Of a stretch of 64,000 bases of DNA, positions 61,917 to 64,000 are shown one piece after another. The notes below the pieces were generated by a model, which saw nothing but the letters and a program-made list of their open reading frames with translations, made no database searches and was not told where the DNA came from. The first letter of the stretch is position 1. Every line of letters begins with the position of its first letter. Source of the stretch: an uncultured delta proteobacterium (lineage in GTDB: Bacteria > Desulfobacterota > Desulfobacteria > Desulfobacterales > B30-G6). Location of the stretch: NCBI GenBank assembly GCA_963842925.1, contig CAWJIL010000005.1, positions 15,002 through 79,001 of the forward strand, read 5' to 3'. Both the position numbers and the translations under genes were made by a program.

Positions 61917-63194
61917 CTATTTAATGCGTTCAACATTCAGTACCAGATTCTCAATAGACACCACGCGAACCTGCACACCTTCTTCAATAGGTTCTTTGGC
62001 CCGTGCATACCAAAGCTCTCCGTGAATCAGGACTTTTCCCTCCGGGTCAATACGATTTTTTACCACGCCTGTTTCCTTGACCAAGCCACCCCCCCCGGTT
62101 CGCGGACGCGACATCTGTGCTTTAAAAGCCAGACTGGCCAAGGTAACAAAAAAAGCAGAAACAATTAGCAGCGTTGGAATCAATACCTGCCATGACAGCT
62201 GTGACTGGGGGCCATTACCTTCAAACATCATGAGGGAGCCCAAAAGCAGCGACACCACACCGGCAATACTCAAAAGCCCGTAGCTGACGACTTTTATTTC
62301 CAAAATGAAAAAAACAATGGAAAGGAGAACCAACAGAATGCCTGCGGTGTTTACTGGAAGCGTCTGAAAGGAAAAAAAGGCCAGAATGATAGCGATGCCT
62401 CCGACCACACCGGGGAAAATCGCACCCGGATGCGACAGTTCAAAATAGAGACCGGCCAGTCCAATCATCATGAGAATATAAGCAATGTTTGGATCACTGA
62501 TGGTTTTGAGTATTTTTGTGCGGATATTCTCCTTGAGCCGGGTTCTCAGGGCACCTGATAATTGCAACTCACCCTTGCCCTCTATATTAAGTCCGTCAAG
62601 CTGTCGAACAAGATCATCCATGTCTGCTGCGACAATATCGATAATATTCTTTTCAAGGGCTTCGTTTTCGGTTACCGACAAACTCTCGCGAACAGCCTTT
62701 TCCGCCCATTCCGCGTTGCGACCTCTTTTCTCCGCAATGCTCTTCACATAGGCCACCATGTCATTGGTAACTTTTTCCGACATGACACCACCGATCTCCT
62801 TGCCACCAGTTGCCACCGGGTGTGCCGCACCAATGTTGGTACTTGGTGCCATGGCCGCTATGTCGGCCGCCATGGTTATCATGACACCTGCCGAAGCTGC
62901 TCTGGCGCCACTTGGCGAAACAAATACGACAACGGGTGTTTTTGCAGCATATATGGACATGACAATTTCGCGCATGGCGTCCGCCAGACCGCCTGGTGTG
63001 TCGAGTTCGATAACAACACACGCGGCATTCTGATCATCGGCACGGGCTATGCCACGCGTGACAAAATCGCCGATTCCGGGTCCAATGGCGTCGGAAACCG
63101 GTATGATAATGATCTCACCACTGCCGGCGAATGAAGTTCCGGCAAACAGCAGTACCAGCATCAAGGAAAAGCGAACACCGTGGTATATTTTCAT
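61917..63194 (-). CDS. nfeD: NfeD family membrane-bound serine protease
   Basis: LDTPGG, RAASAG, IGAAHP, GELWYA; paired with SPFH. Confidence 0.93.
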   Translation of the reverse strand: MKIYHGVRFSLMLVLLFAGTSFAGSGEIIIIPVSDAIGPGIGDFVTRGIARADDQNAACVVIELDTPGGLADAMREIVMSIYAAKTPVVVFVSPSGARAASAGVMITMAADIAAMAPSTNIGAAHPVATGGKEIGGVMSEKVTNDMVAYVKSIAEKRGRNAEWAEKAVRESLSVTENEALEKNIIDIVAADMDDLVRQLDGLNIEGKGELQLSGALRTRLKENIRTKILKTISDPNIAYILMMIGLAGLYFELSHPGAIFPGVVGGIAIILAFFSFQTLPVNTAGILLVLLSIVFFILEIKVVSYGLLSIAGVVSLLLGSLMMFEGNGPQSQLSWQVLIPTLLIVSAFFVTLASLAFKAQMSRPRTGGGGLVKETGVVKNRIDPEGKVLIHGELWYARAKEPIEEGVQVRVVSIENLVLNVERIK

Positions 63195-63400
63195 ACGACT
63201 CTCCTTCCCAAGCCGGATAAACCGGAAAAGATAAAAATATTTTTATCACGAAAGGTCGAAACCACGAAAAAACCTTTGAAATTTTCGTGTTTTTCAGTTT
63301 TCGTGTTTTCGTGATTGTTTTTATTTTTTGCCACAAAATACACGAATACGTTTAAGGGCCTAATTTGAGTGTTTCAATTTTTTGTCGCCGATCGCTCCAT

Positions 63401-64000
63401 TTAGAGACCCAGGTGCTGCATAATCTGCTGCATGTCATTCCAGACATCGCGTTTGCTTCCAGGATTCCGCAATAGATAGGCAGGATGATAGGTCGGCATA
63501 ACATGAATCCCATGATACATATGAAACCGACCCCTGAGTTTGGAAATCGGTGCTTGTACCTTGAGAAGCGTCTGTGCTGCAAACTTCCCGAGGGCACATA
63601 TACATTCAGGCTCGATGGCCCTGATTTGGCGTTCAAGAAACGGCACACAGGTGGATATCTCTTGTGGTTCGGGATTGCGATTGTTTGGCGGACGGCACTT
63701 GACAATATTACAGATAAAGACATCGTCCCGGGAGAGATGCATGGCTTCCAGAATCCGATTTAAAAGTTTGCCTGCCGCCCCCACAAATGGCTTGCCCTGT
63801 TTGTCCTCTTCATATCCAGGCCCCTCTCCCACAAACACAAGTCTGGCTTGCCCGCACCCGGCACCAAAAACAATCTTTGTCCGTTTGCTCGAAAGACCAC
63901 AGCGTCGGCAGTCTTTCAAATCTCTCTCGATGTCGTCCAAAGACTCCGGTCGATCCGATCCACGGCCACCCCAGTTACATACCATATCATGATGGGAATC
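63401..64000 (-). CDS. Family-4 uracil-DNA glycosylase (5' end may lie beyond the window)
   Basis: CRRCGL, GEGPG, KCRPPNNR, TYHPAYLLR; frame open to the edge. Confidence 0.92.
   Translation of the reverse strand, partial: DSHHDMVCNWGGRGSDRPESLDDIERDLKDCRRCGLSSKRTKIVFGAGCGQARLVFVGEGPGYEEDKQGKPFVGAAGKLLNRILEAMHLSRDDVFICNIVKCRPPNNRNPEPQEISTCVPFLERQIRAIEPECICALGKFAAQTLLKVQAPISKLRGRFHMYHGIHVMPTYHPAYLLRNPGSKRDVWNDMQQIMQHLGL

Overview
A 64-kb chromosomal segment that most resembles a sulfate-reducing Desulfobacterota (Desulfobacterales-like) genome; this assignment is inferred from gene content. From left to right it holds: (1) a PEP-CTERM/XrtA-type exopolysaccharide locus (wza, sat-cysC, sugar transferase, BY-kinase, chain-length determinant) with several frameshifts and decayed MNT-HEPN and four-helix-bundle cassette remnants; (2) a sigma54 regulatory module of two atypical enhancer-binding proteins and two stand-alone receivers; (3) an S8 lipoprotein protease whose N-terminal segments appear swapped, followed by a PrcB-like gene; (4) an anaerobic aromatic-degradation region with HgdABC-like genes, ETF plus a membrane ETF:quinone oxidoreductase, and a complete class II tungsten benzoyl-CoA reductase bamBCDEFGHI with two in-frame UGA (Sec) codons; (5) a metallophosphoesterase + ParB/AsnC pair; (6) tRNA-Cys/tRNA-Gly and housekeeping genes (pgsA, folK, dapF, lysA, argH, argD, xerC, NfeD/SPFH, UDG). 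Most intergenic spaces carry palindromic repeats from several families. Some conserve structure rather than sequence, and one is inserted in frame in a signal peptide. A promoter- and terminator-bounded ORF-less ~150-nt candidate sRNA lies at ~14.4-14.55 kb. All calls come from reading the sequence; no searches were run.
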